Assembly: GCA_029863065.1 (NCBI GenBank)
Contig: JAOTWE010000001.1
Location: 1-53,394 of the forward strand
Reading direction: 5' to 3'
Length of the DNA stretch: 53,394 bases
Origin: Betaproteobacteria bacterium
Lineage (GTDB): Bacteria; Pseudomonadota; Gammaproteobacteria; Burkholderiales; SG8-39
The notes under the pieces were generated by a model. That model was not told the origin of the DNA, searched no databases, and worked only from the letters and a program-made list of their open reading frames with translations. Below are positions 25,166 through 33,447 of this stretch, piece after piece (the stretch's first letter is position 1; every line of letters starts with the position of its first letter). The position numbers were made by a program, and so were the translations under genes.

Positions 25166-26097
25166 GACCCGACCGCACGCCGCTCACGCTCCTCCTGATC
25201 GGCGCCGCGATCCTCGCCGTCGGCCCGTTCGCGCCGCAGTGGACGCTCTTTCTGCTCACCGTTGCGCTCGCCAAGGGGCTGGTGGTGCTCGGCCTGATGA
25301 TGCTCCTGCGCTGCGGCCTGGTGTCCTTCGGCCAGGCGCTCTACTACTGCCTCGGCGCCTACGCCGCCGGCATGCTCGGGCGCCTGTACGAGGTGAGCGG
25401 CGTCTTCACGCTGATGCTCGCCGGCATGGCGACCTCGGCCTTCGTCGCCTTCGTGCTGGGTTTTCTGCTCGCGCGCTACCGCAGCATCTTCTTCGGCCTC
25501 CTGAGCCTCGCCATCTCGATGATCCTGTACGGGCTGCTCGTGAAAACGGAAGCGCTCGGCTCGAGCGACGGCTTCAACGTGCTGCCCTCGACCCTCTTCG
25601 GCTGGCGCCCCGCGGATGAATGGGTGCGCTACTCGGTGCTGGCGGTCGCGGCCGGGGTGGCCGTCATCGCCGCGCTCGCCGTGCACCGCTACCTCGGCAC
25701 GCCGCTCGGGCGCCTCGCGCCGGCGATCAAGGACAACGAGATCCGCGTCGAGTACATGGGCGCCTCGGCCCGCCAGGCGGTCCACGTCAAGTACGTGATC
25801 GCCGCGGCGCTCGCCGGGCTGGGCGGCGCGCTCGCCGCCACCACCGTCGGCCACATCGACCCGGAGATGGCCTACTGGACCACCTCGGGCGAGTTCATCT
25901 TCATCACCATCCTCGCCGGCACCGGCAGCGTGATCGCGCCGTTCCTCGGCGCGCTCATCTTCGGCATCATCCAGACGGTGGCCTTCGACATCTCGCCCAA
26001 CACCTGGCAGATGGTGCTCGGGGCGTCGCTGCTGGCGGTGATCGTGTTCCTGCCGCGGGGCCTGTGGTCGCTGTTCCGGCGCCGGAAGGCGGCCTGA
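25162..26097 (+). CDS. ABC transporter permease (LivM type)
   Basis: The TTG start overlaps the livH-type stop. 311 aa, polytopic. Motifs: GLVSFGQALYYCLGAY and IRVEYMGA. Confidence 0.85.
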   Translation: MRPDRTPLTLLLIGAAILAVGPFAPQWTLFLLTVALAKGLVVLGLMMLLRCGLVSFGQALYYCLGAYAAGMLGRLYEVSGVFTLMLAGMATSAFVAFVLGFLLARYRSIFFGLLSLAISMILYGLLVKTEALGSSDGFNVLPSTLFGWRPADEWVRYSVLAVAAGVAVIAALAVHRYLGTPLGRLAPAIKDNEIRVEYMGASARQAVHVKYVIAAALAGLGGALAATTVGHIDPEMAYWTTSGEFIFITILAGTGSVIAPFLGALIFGIIQTVAFDISPNTWQMVLGASLLAVIVFLPRGLWSLFRRRKAA

Positions 26098-26098
26098 C

Positions 26099-26908
26099 GT
26101 GGCGGCGATCCTCGACGCGGCAGGCCTGAACAAGAACTTCGGCGCGGTCACTGCGGCGAACGACATCAACGCCGCCATCGAGCGCGACTCGGTGGTCGGC
26201 CTGATCGGCACCAACGGCGCCGGCAAGACCACCTTCATCAACATGATCACCGGGTATCTCAAGCCCGATCGCGGCCGCATCCACTACGAGGGCCGCGACA
26301 TCACGCGCCTCGCGCCGCGCGACATCACGCGCCTGGGCATCTGCCGCTCGTTCCAGATCCCGCAGCTCTACGCCTCGCTCACCGCGTACGAGAACATGAT
26401 GATCGGCATCGGCGTGGTGCTGCGCAACGCCGGGCGCGGCGGCTTCTTCTCGCGCGGCGAGCCGCTGGTGCCGGGCTACGAGCAGCCCGCCGCGGCGGTC
26501 GCCGACGGCTTGCTGCAGCGCTTCGGCCTGGCCGAGTACCGCGACAAGAACGCGCAGGTGCTGCCCGGTGGCGTGCGCAAGCTCCTCGACATCGCCCTCA
26601 CTATGGTGGCGCGCCCCAAAATCCTGCTGCTCGACGAGCCCACCAGCGGCGTCTCGGCGGAGGAGAAGTTCGCGATCATGGAAATGATAATGAAGGCGGT
26701 GCGCGCCGAGGGCATCACGGTGCTGTTCGTCGAGCACGACATGGAGGTGGTGAGCCGCTTCGCCGAGCGCGTGCTCGCCTTCTACGACGGGCGCATCATC
26801 GCCGACGGGTCGCCCGAACAAGCGCTAAACGACCCCGAGGTCAAGCGCTACGTGGTCGGCGGCGAGCTGCACCGCCTGGACGAAGAGAAGGCGCGGCCGC
26901 GTGCTTAA
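26099..26908 (+). CDS. ABC transporter ATP-binding protein (LivG type)
   Basis: Walker A GTNGAGKTT, signature LPGGVRKLLDIA, Walker B ILLLDEP. Confidence 0.9.
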   Translation: MAAILDAAGLNKNFGAVTAANDINAAIERDSVVGLIGTNGAGKTTFINMITGYLKPDRGRIHYEGRDITRLAPRDITRLGICRSFQIPQLYASLTAYENMMIGIGVVLRNAGRGGFFSRGEPLVPGYEQPAAAVADGLLQRFGLAEYRDKNAQVLPGGVRKLLDIALTMVARPKILLLDEPTSGVSAEEKFAIMEMIMKAVRAEGITVLFVEHDMEVVSRFAERVLAFYDGRIIADGSPEQALNDPEVKRYVVGGELHRLDEEKARPRA

Positions 26909-27545
26909 GCTCGACAACGTCGACGTCGCCATCCAGTCGGTGCAGATCCTGCGGCGCGTGTCGCTCGAGCTGCCCACCGGCACCATGGCGGGCCTGATCG
27001 GCCGTAACGGCGCCGGCAAGACCACGCTCATGAAGAGCGTGATGGGGATCCTCAAGGTTTCGAGCGGCACGATCAGCTTCGATGGCGCCGACCTTCTCGC
27101 TTCGCCCACGTTCAAGCGCACGAGCATGGGCATCGGCTACATGCCCGAGGACCGGCGCCTGATTCCCGACCTGACCTGCGAGGAGAACCTGCTGCTGCCG
27201 GCCTGGGCGGCAAAGCAGGCCGACGGCGCCGCGCGCCTGGAGCGGGTCTACCGGTTGATCCCGGAGCTGCGCGGTTTCGCATCGCGAAAGGGCTCGCAGC
27301 TCTCGGGCGGCCAGCAGAAGATGGTGGCGATCGGCCGCGCGCTGATGTGCGGCGACAAGCTGCTGCTGCTCGACGAGCCCTTCGAGGGCGTGGCGCCCGC
27401 TTTGGCGCACCGGCTGGTGGAGGTGGTGGCGAACCTGAAGCGCGAGGGCATGACGGTGATCCTGTCGGAATCCGACCTGCAGCATTCCGAGCGCATGGTC
27501 GATCGCCTGCTGGTCATCGATCGCGGGACGCTGACGGCGCGTTGA
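26901..27545 (+). CDS. ABC transporter ATP-binding protein (LivF type)
   Basis: Walker A GRNGAGKTT, signature LSGGQQKMVAIG, Walker B LLLLDEP. The GTG start overlaps the upstream gene. Confidence 0.9.
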   Translation: MLKLDNVDVAIQSVQILRRVSLELPTGTMAGLIGRNGAGKTTLMKSVMGILKVSSGTISFDGADLLASPTFKRTSMGIGYMPEDRRLIPDLTCEENLLLPAWAAKQADGAARLERVYRLIPELRGFASRKGSQLSGGQQKMVAIGRALMCGDKLLLLDEPFEGVAPALAHRLVEVVANLKREGMTVILSESDLQHSERMVDRLLVIDRGTLTAR

Positions 27546-27578
27546 CCTCGTTTCGCGGTTGGCGTAGCGTTTAGCCAT

Positions 27579-28010
27579 ATGGCCACCGTCGCGCAGATTC
27601 TGAAGTCGAAACCCGACCGGACCGTCCACACGATCGCCCCCACGGCATCGGTGTTCGACGCCGTCAAATTGATGGCCGAGAAGAACATCGGCGCACTCGT
27701 GGTCAGCGAGGGTGAAGCCGTCGTCGGCGTGCTGACCGAGCGCGACTACGCGCGCAAGATCGTTCTCATGGCGAAGTCCTCGAAGGACACGCCGGTGCGC
27801 GAGGTCATGACCTCGCAGGTCATGTACGTGAGCCCGGACCGCACCAGCGAGGAATGCATGGCGCTGATGACCGAGAGCCGCGTGCGCCACCTGCCCGTGA
27901 TGGACAAGGGCCGGATGGTCGGCCTGGTCTCCATCGGCGACCTGGTGAAGGACGTCATCTCCGAGCAGAAATTCGTCATCCAGCAGCTCGAGCAGTACAT
28001 CACGCACTAG
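27579..28010 (+). CDS. CBS-pair domain protein
   Basis: 143 aa with two CBS repeats (VFDAVKLMAEKNIGALVV... and ECMALMTESRVRHLPVMDKGRMVGLVSIGDLV). Confidence 0.85.
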   Translation: MATVAQILKSKPDRTVHTIAPTASVFDAVKLMAEKNIGALVVSEGEAVVGVLTERDYARKIVLMAKSSKDTPVREVMTSQVMYVSPDRTSEECMALMTESRVRHLPVMDKGRMVGLVSIGDLVKDVISEQKFVIQQLEQYITH

Positions 28011-28031
28011 CGCGATTGCCTCAGCCAGACA

Positions 28032-28502
28032 GTGCGAGTGCGCGACTACGCCGGACTGGCGGCGTTCATCGCGCTCAACGCCGCGGTGTCGGCGCTGGGC
28101 GGATGGGCGACGGCCTCGAGCGTCGGCACCTGGTACCCGGCGCTCGCCAAGCCCGCGTTCAATCCGCCCGACTGGATTTTCGCGCCCGTGTGGAGCGCGC
28201 TCTACCTGATGATCGCGATCGCCGGCTGGCGGGTTTGGCGGCGCGGCGGGCCGGAGCTGCGCGGCGCGCTGACCGTGTACGCGGTGCAGCTCGCGCTCAA
28301 CCTGTCGTGGTCGTTCGTGTTCTTCGGCGCGCGGGAGATCGGCGCGGCGCTCGCGGTGATCGCGGCGCTGCTGGCGGCGATCCTCGTCAACGCGTTTCTT
28401 TTCTGGCGCATCGAGCGCGCGGCCGGCGCGCTGCTCGCGCCCTATGCCGCCTGGGTTGCGTTCGCGATGGTGCTGAATGCGGCGCTGTGGCGGCTGAACT
28501 AG
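28032..28502 (+). CDS. tspO: TspO/MBR tryptophan-rich sensory protein
   Basis: 156 aa with 5 TM helices. Family pattern: WYPALAKPAFNPPDWIFAPVWSALYLMIAIAGW...APYAAWVAFAMVLN. Confidence 0.9.
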   Translation: MRVRDYAGLAAFIALNAAVSALGGWATASSVGTWYPALAKPAFNPPDWIFAPVWSALYLMIAIAGWRVWRRGGPELRGALTVYAVQLALNLSWSFVFFGAREIGAALAVIAALLAAILVNAFLFWRIERAAGALLAPYAAWVAFAMVLNAALWRLN

Positions 28503-28676
28503 GGGCATACCTGAGAAGCCGGCTTCCGGCCGCAAGCGGACTTTCAATCGACCGCCCTATGAGGCGGCTGATCGGATCGCTGTGCGCGTGGCGCCAACTT
28601 GACCCTTATCAATTCGACTGACAATGCGCGGAAGATACTCGTCGGCGATGTGCCCACTCTATCAAAGACAAATACC

Positions 28677-29309
28677 ATGACAACCTTTTCGGAGGACATC
28701 TACAGCGAGCCTTCGAACATCGACGTCGATACGCTGAGGAATCTTGGACCGCTGAGCGGCTTGGCGGGAATCTGGAAGGGAACACGCGGCCTGGATGTGA
28801 AGCCCAAGGCCGAGGGTCCAAAAAAGCAGGCGTATGTGGAGCGATTCGAGCTTCAGCCGATCGACCCGCAAACCAACGGCCCGCAACTATTCTATGGACT
28901 GCGCTATCACCAGCACGTGGTGAAGCCGGACCAGGTCAAGACTTATCACGATCAGGTCGGGTATTGGCTATGGGAGCCCGGCACAGGCACCGTCATCCAG
29001 ACGCTTACGATTCCGCGCGCCCAGGTTGCTATGGCCGTTGGCAAGGCTACGCCCGATGCAAAGTCATTTGAGCTCGTCGCGAGCCGCGGTCCGGAGACCT
29101 ACGGGATCTGCTCGACCCCATTTCTGGAATACGCATTCAAGACGGTGGAATACCGCATCAAGGTAAGCATCAACGCCGACGGCACTTGGTCCTACGACGA
29201 GGACACCGTTCTCATGATCAGGGGCAAGAGCGACCCCTTCCACCATACGGATCGCAATGTGTTGACCAAGATCGGTGAGCCTACGCCGAACCCCTTGGCG
29301 CGAAAATAG
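28677..29309 (+). CDS. haem-binding beta-barrel (nitrobindin/THAP4-like, DUF1794-type) protein
   Basis: The ATG at 28677 starts the ORF. LGPLSGLAGIWKGTRG ... YHDQVGYWLWEP fits the lipocalin-like nitrobindin pattern as I remember it. The gene appears to have lower GC than its neighbours (by eye, not counted). Confidence 0.6.
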   Translation: MTTFSEDIYSEPSNIDVDTLRNLGPLSGLAGIWKGTRGLDVKPKAEGPKKQAYVERFELQPIDPQTNGPQLFYGLRYHQHVVKPDQVKTYHDQVGYWLWEPGTGTVIQTLTIPRAQVAMAVGKATPDAKSFELVASRGPETYGICSTPFLEYAFKTVEYRIKVSINADGTWSYDEDTVLMIRGKSDPFHHTDRNVLTKIGEPTPNPLARK

Positions 29310-29342
29310 CGTCGACAGGGTTTCCTTGAGTGCCCGCCGCGA

Positions 29343-29360
29343 GCGACCGCCCAGGGTCGC
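29343..29360. terminator. possible bidirectional hairpin between convergent genes
   Basis: GCGACC (29343-29348) pairs with GGTCGC (29355-29360), leaving a 6-nt loop. There is no clear U-tract, so the call is weak. Confidence 0.25.
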
Positions 29361-29421
29361 AAACGGCCATTCGCCCGCATCGGCTTCCGGCCAGAAGCGG
29401 ACACTCGGCGTACGCCGCAGG

Positions 29422-30471
29422 CTAGTGGGTTGCCACAAACATGCAGTTCTGCGGTCGCGGCGTGTCCAGAACGCTGACATTTCCAAAACCCGCTTCGCCA
29501 AGCATTCGCCGTGCGGTTTGTTCGCCCCAGACCGTGCCGAGGCCTTGACCGCCCACCGCAAGGGACACCGGCATGCAATGCATCAGGCTGATGCCGTAGT
29601 ACATCGGCGCAAAGGGGTTGGCGACGTTCTCTTCTATGCGGCTGCTGAATTTGAACTCGATCATCAGGAAGGTGCCGCCGGGGGCCAACGCCCGCTGCGC
29701 GCTCCGCAATACGGAGTCGGGCGCCTTCTGATCGTGAATGGCGTCAAATGCAGTGATGAGTTGGAATGTCGGATCGCCCGGCAGATCTGTCACGTCGACC
29801 ACCTCGAACGTGGCGTTCGTGAGCCCCATCTCCTTCGCTTCGGCGCGCGCCCGGGCGATCGCGTCCTCGGCAATGTCGTAGCCAAGAAAGGTCGATTTCG
29901 GGTATTCGCGAGCAAGAACATTCATCGCATGCCCCGTGCCGCAGCCGATATCCAGGACGCGGATTCCCTGGCGCAACCGGTCGGTGAGCCCGTCGACGAC
30001 GCCGATGAAGCCGGAAACGAGCAGCTGGTCGAAAATCCGGCGCCACATATCGTCCATGCACTGCGTGAAAACCGGCCGATATGCCGAATAGGGAATTCCG
30101 CCACCTTGACGAAAGCACGCCGTCAACTTCGGCAGGTGGGTGCCGAAATGATTGATCATGCGGCTCATCGGCGAGAGGTTCTGCGCTGAATTGCCCGTGA
30201 GTAGCGCCGCATGCTCCTGCGGCAAGCTGTAGCGCTTTGACGCAGGGTCATACGAATAGATCCCGCTGGTCGCCATCGCGCCGAGCCACTCGCGGACGTA
30301 TCGCTCCTTCAATCCCAGGCGATCCGCCAGCTCGTCGGTCGTGGCCGGCCCTGCCCTTGAACCTTCGAAGAGCCCTACCTGAAAGCCGATCTCGATCAGC
30401 TTTGTCAGTACGGCCCCAGTGTAGATATTGAGGAGTTTCCCGCCGAACTGCTTTACCACGTCAGGATTCAT
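29422..30471 (-). CDS. class I SAM-dependent methyltransferase with N-terminal winged-helix domain
   Basis: The ATG at 30471 starts the ORF. SAM motif VLDIGCGTGHAM. The N-terminal ELADRLGLKERYVREWLGAMATSG resembles the Rv2258c-type wHTH. Confidence 0.85.
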   Translation of the reverse strand: MNPDVVKQFGGKLLNIYTGAVLTKLIEIGFQVGLFEGSRAGPATTDELADRLGLKERYVREWLGAMATSGIYSYDPASKRYSLPQEHAALLTGNSAQNLSPMSRMINHFGTHLPKLTACFRQGGGIPYSAYRPVFTQCMDDMWRRIFDQLLVSGFIGVVDGLTDRLRQGIRVLDIGCGTGHAMNVLAREYPKSTFLGYDIAEDAIARARAEAKEMGLTNATFEVVDVTDLPGDPTFQLITAFDAIHDQKAPDSVLRSAQRALAPGGTFLMIEFKFSSRIEENVANPFAPMYYGISLMHCMPVSLAVGGQGLGTVWGEQTARRMLGEAGFGNVSVLDTPRPQNCMFVATH

Positions 30472-30623
30472 GGTCCCCCCATTGTCGCCAGGAAACAGTA
30501 CCACCCACCATGCGCACCTGCTTAAGGTACGCACTCATGATCAACACCATGGCAATTCTAGTAGGACGTGCTTACCCCATGCGAATGTCCGCTTCGGGAC
30601 GAAAGCAGTGGTACGCCGGCAGT

Positions 30624-31799
30624 TCAGCGACGTGGGGCCGCCGCCGATTTCTGCAACCATCGCGCAATTGCAAACGCGCCCGCAGCGGCCGCAAGGCACG
30701 CGGCGGCCATCCAAATGGGCGCTGCGCTCGACGCAGTACGCAGTGCAATCACCCCCGCGATGGCCGGGGCCATCGCCATGCCGACGTAATTTACGGTGAA
30801 GAAGATGCCCATCCCGGCCGACCGCGACTCGGCATGCAGGACCTCGCCGGGCAGGGAAACGAGCACGCCGGCTGGCAGACCGCCTAACAGCCCTGCTGCA
30901 ATGAGCCATGGCAGCGGCGCAGTGGAGGTGACGAGTCCAATCGTCGCCAGCGCCCATCCGGCGAGGCCGGCATGGACAAGCAGATTGGCGCGCCCGTATC
31001 GTTGCACGAGAAGACCCCCGGCCTGGACCGACGCAATGGTCAGGATCGTATTGATCGCGGTGAAGCCGCCCGCCGCGACGAGCGACAGGCCGGAGTGCAC
31101 GAAGTAAATCGGCAGGAACGCCACGATTAGCACGTAGCCGGCGTTGTAGAGCATCCAGGGCATTGCAGTGGCGCCGATCAGAATCCATTCCTGCCTTGCA
31201 AATCTGCGCAGATCGACCTTTTGCGCAATCGGCGCGCCCGGCGAAGGCGTGTAGCCAAAAAACACACTGACCATGCCCAGCGCCGCCATTGCCGCGGTGG
31301 CGACAAAAGCCGCTTGCCAGGAAACGCTCTGCGCCAGCGCCCCCTGGGTCAATAGCGCGATACCGATGCCGATCGGCCAAGTGTTCACCAGGATCGACAT
31401 CGCCAGAACCAGTTCCTTGCCTGCGAACCAGTCGGTCACCATCTTGGTGAGCAGAACGCTCAGCACTGCCCCGCCCACGCCCATGACGGCGCGCGCGACA
31501 GAAGCCTGGACGATGTCGCTCGCAAACGCGAAACCGAGACCCCCGGCGATCATCAGGGTCAAGCCGGAGAGCACCATGCGTTTGTCGCCGAAACGCGCGC
31601 CCAGCATTCCTCCCGGCAGAGCGAACGCAATGCCGGGCAGCAGGTACAGGCCTACCAGCCAACCAATCTGCGCCTGATCGAATCCCAGGCTGTCGGATAG
31701 CAGCGGCGCGGTGGCGGCCACCGACTGGAACTGGAATCCCATGCCGACGCGCGCCAGCGAGAGCGCCGCCAGGACCCGCCAGCGCCGCTCAATGTTCAT
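30624..31799 (-). CDS. MFS transporter
   Basis: 391 aa and 12 TM helices. The start ATG directly abuts the upstream TAA (31800-31802). Confidence 0.85.
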   Translation of the reverse strand: MNIERRWRVLAALSLARVGMGFQFQSVAATAPLLSDSLGFDQAQIGWLVGLYLLPGIAFALPGGMLGARFGDKRMVLSGLTLMIAGGLGFAFASDIVQASVARAVMGVGGAVLSVLLTKMVTDWFAGKELVLAMSILVNTWPIGIGIALLTQGALAQSVSWQAAFVATAAMAALGMVSVFFGYTPSPGAPIAQKVDLRRFARQEWILIGATAMPWMLYNAGYVLIVAFLPIYFVHSGLSLVAAGGFTAINTILTIASVQAGGLLVQRYGRANLLVHAGLAGWALATIGLVTSTAPLPWLIAAGLLGGLPAGVLVSLPGEVLHAESRSAGMGIFFTVNYVGMAMAPAIAGVIALRTASSAAPIWMAAACLAAAAGAFAIARWLQKSAAAPRR

Positions 31800-32528
31800 T
31801 TACTTGAGCGTGGCCGCGATGCTCCGGATCTCCGCCGGCGTGTGCTCGCCCGCGAGCGGCGTTCCCGGCACCAGGTGCCGGCCCATGGTGAGCGGCCCGA
31901 TCAGCACCGGCTCGAAATTGATCTCGCGCATCAGGCTCGAGGCCACGGCGATGGCGTGGACGTCGTCGCCCGCCATCGGCATGCCGGTGCGCACGCCCCT
32001 GCGGCTCGCGATTTCCGGCAGCCGCGCGGCGCCGATGGCGTTGAAGGCGCGCACCAGTCGCGCTCCCGGCAGCAGCTCCGCCGTGGCGCGGCCGGCGCCC
32101 CGTTCCCGCGCCCAGACCGCGATCTCGCCGTCGCGCGACGGGAACGGATTGCACGCGTCGAGCACCAGCACCTTGGCGGCGAGCGCCGGTGCGTGGTCCT
32201 TGCCGATCTGCGGCAGCGCGCGATAGGGAACGGCGAGCAGCACCGCGTCGGCAAAGGCGATCGCCTCCGCCACCGAGCCGGCCTGCGCCAGCGGGCCGAG
32301 ATTCAGGACCAGGTCCTTGAGTTCCTCCGGATGGCGCGAGGAGAACATCACCGGGTGGCCCGCCTTCACCCACAGGCCGCCGAGGGCGCTGCCGATGCGC
32401 CCGGCGCCGACGGTGGCGATCTTCAGCGGCGCGTCGGCGGCGCGGGCGGCCAGCGGCGACATCGCGAGCAGCGCGGCGCCGAGAAGAAAATCGCGGCGCG
32501 AGCCGTTGATCACAGCGTGCGTTGCCAT
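31800..32528 (-). CDS. Tat-signal-bearing NAD(P)-binding Rossmann protein (NADPH-dependent F420 reductase / P5C-reductase-like family)
   Basis: Twin-arginine motif SRRDFLLGA, then a hydrophobic stretch and ARAADA. Rossmann motif KIATVGAGRIGSALG. Confidence 0.8.
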   Translation of the reverse strand: MATHAVINGSRRDFLLGAALLAMSPLAARAADAPLKIATVGAGRIGSALGGLWVKAGHPVMFSSRHPEELKDLVLNLGPLAQAGSVAEAIAFADAVLLAVPYRALPQIGKDHAPALAAKVLVLDACNPFPSRDGEIAVWARERGAGRATAELLPGARLVRAFNAIGAARLPEIASRRGVRTGMPMAGDDVHAIAVASSLMREINFEPVLIGPLTMGRHLVPGTPLAGEHTPAEIRSIAATLK

Positions 32529-32538
32529 GTCCGTCGCC

Positions 32539-33447
32539 TCAAAGGGTCTGCAGGAACTCGATCATCCGCCTGCGTTGCGCCGCATCGGGCAGGCGGCCGC
32601 GCATAGCGCCGATATTGTCGGCCATGTGCGCCGGGTCCGAGGTGCCGGGAATCGCCGCGGTCACCGCCGCATGGCCGAGGACGAACTTGAGGAAAAACTG
32701 CGCCCAGCTCGCGGCGTCGAACTCCTTCGCCCAGTCCGGCAGGGTCTTGCCGCGCACCGCGCGGAACAGCCGCGCGCGGCCGAAGGGCAGCGCGATCAGG
32801 ACCGCCGCCTTCATCTCCGCGGCGAGCGGCAGCAGGCGCGCTTCCACCTCGCGGTTGTCGAGCGAGTAGTCGATCTCGATGAAATCGCACTTTTCGCGCC
32901 TGAGCACCGCCTCGACCGCGGGGTAGTCGGGCTCGTAGGTCGAGGTGACGCCGAAGTAGCGGCACACGCCCGCGGCTTTCCAGGCGCGGAACTGTCCCAG
33001 GTCCTGGTTCGGGTCGCGCACGTTGTGCAGAAACAGCAGGTCGACCTGGTCGCTGTGCAGCCGCGCGAGCGAACCGCGCAGCTCCGCGGCGTCGGGAGAG
33101 CGCAGCTTGGTGGCGATGAACACCTGCTTTCTCAACCCGGCCTGCGCCACCAGGTCGCCCACGACCCCTTCCGACGAGCCGTAGGACGTGGCGGTGTCGA
33201 TGATCGTGCCGCCGCCGGCGAGCAGGTTGCGCAGCACCTCGGCGAGCCCGGCGCGCCTGGCCGCGTCGTCGCCGACGTTGAAGACGCGCGAGGTGCCCAG
33301 GCCGATCGCCGGCAGGCGCTCGCCGCTCGACGGAATCGACCGGGTGATGACGTCCGCCGCGGCGCCCTGCGCGAGCGACGGCAGCAAGCCGGTTGCGCCG
33401 AGCGCGGCGAGGCGCGCGGCAAATTCACGCCGGGATACGTTTTTCAT
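32539..33447 (-). CDS. Tat-signal-bearing aldo/keto reductase
   Basis: Twin-arginine motif SRREFAARLAALGATGLL...AQGAAAD. The AKR catalytic residues are in the expected contexts (IIDTATSYG, IATKL, FLHNV). Confidence 0.85.
   Translation of the reverse strand: MKNVSRREFAARLAALGATGLLPSLAQGAAADVITRSIPSSGERLPAIGLGTSRVFNVGDDAARRAGLAEVLRNLLAGGGTIIDTATSYGSSEGVVGDLVAQAGLRKQVFIATKLRSPDAAELRGSLARLHSDQVDLLFLHNVRDPNQDLGQFRAWKAAGVCRYFGVTSTYEPDYPAVEAVLRREKCDFIEIDYSLDNREVEARLLPLAAEMKAAVLIALPFGRARLFRAVRGKTLPDWAKEFDAASWAQFFLKFVLGHAAVTAAIPGTSDPAHMADNIGAMRGRLPDAAQRRRMIEFLQTL

Noticed and set aside
26286-26335. A 17-nt exact direct repeat, cgcgacatcacgcgcct, occurring twice 24 nt apart inside the LivG-type gene (peptide RDITRLAP RDITRLG).
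   Set aside because: The two copies align to the normal G.DIT.L.P..IA.LG region of LivG proteins without extra length. This is internal sequence similarity within a conserved segment, not an insertion or duplication.
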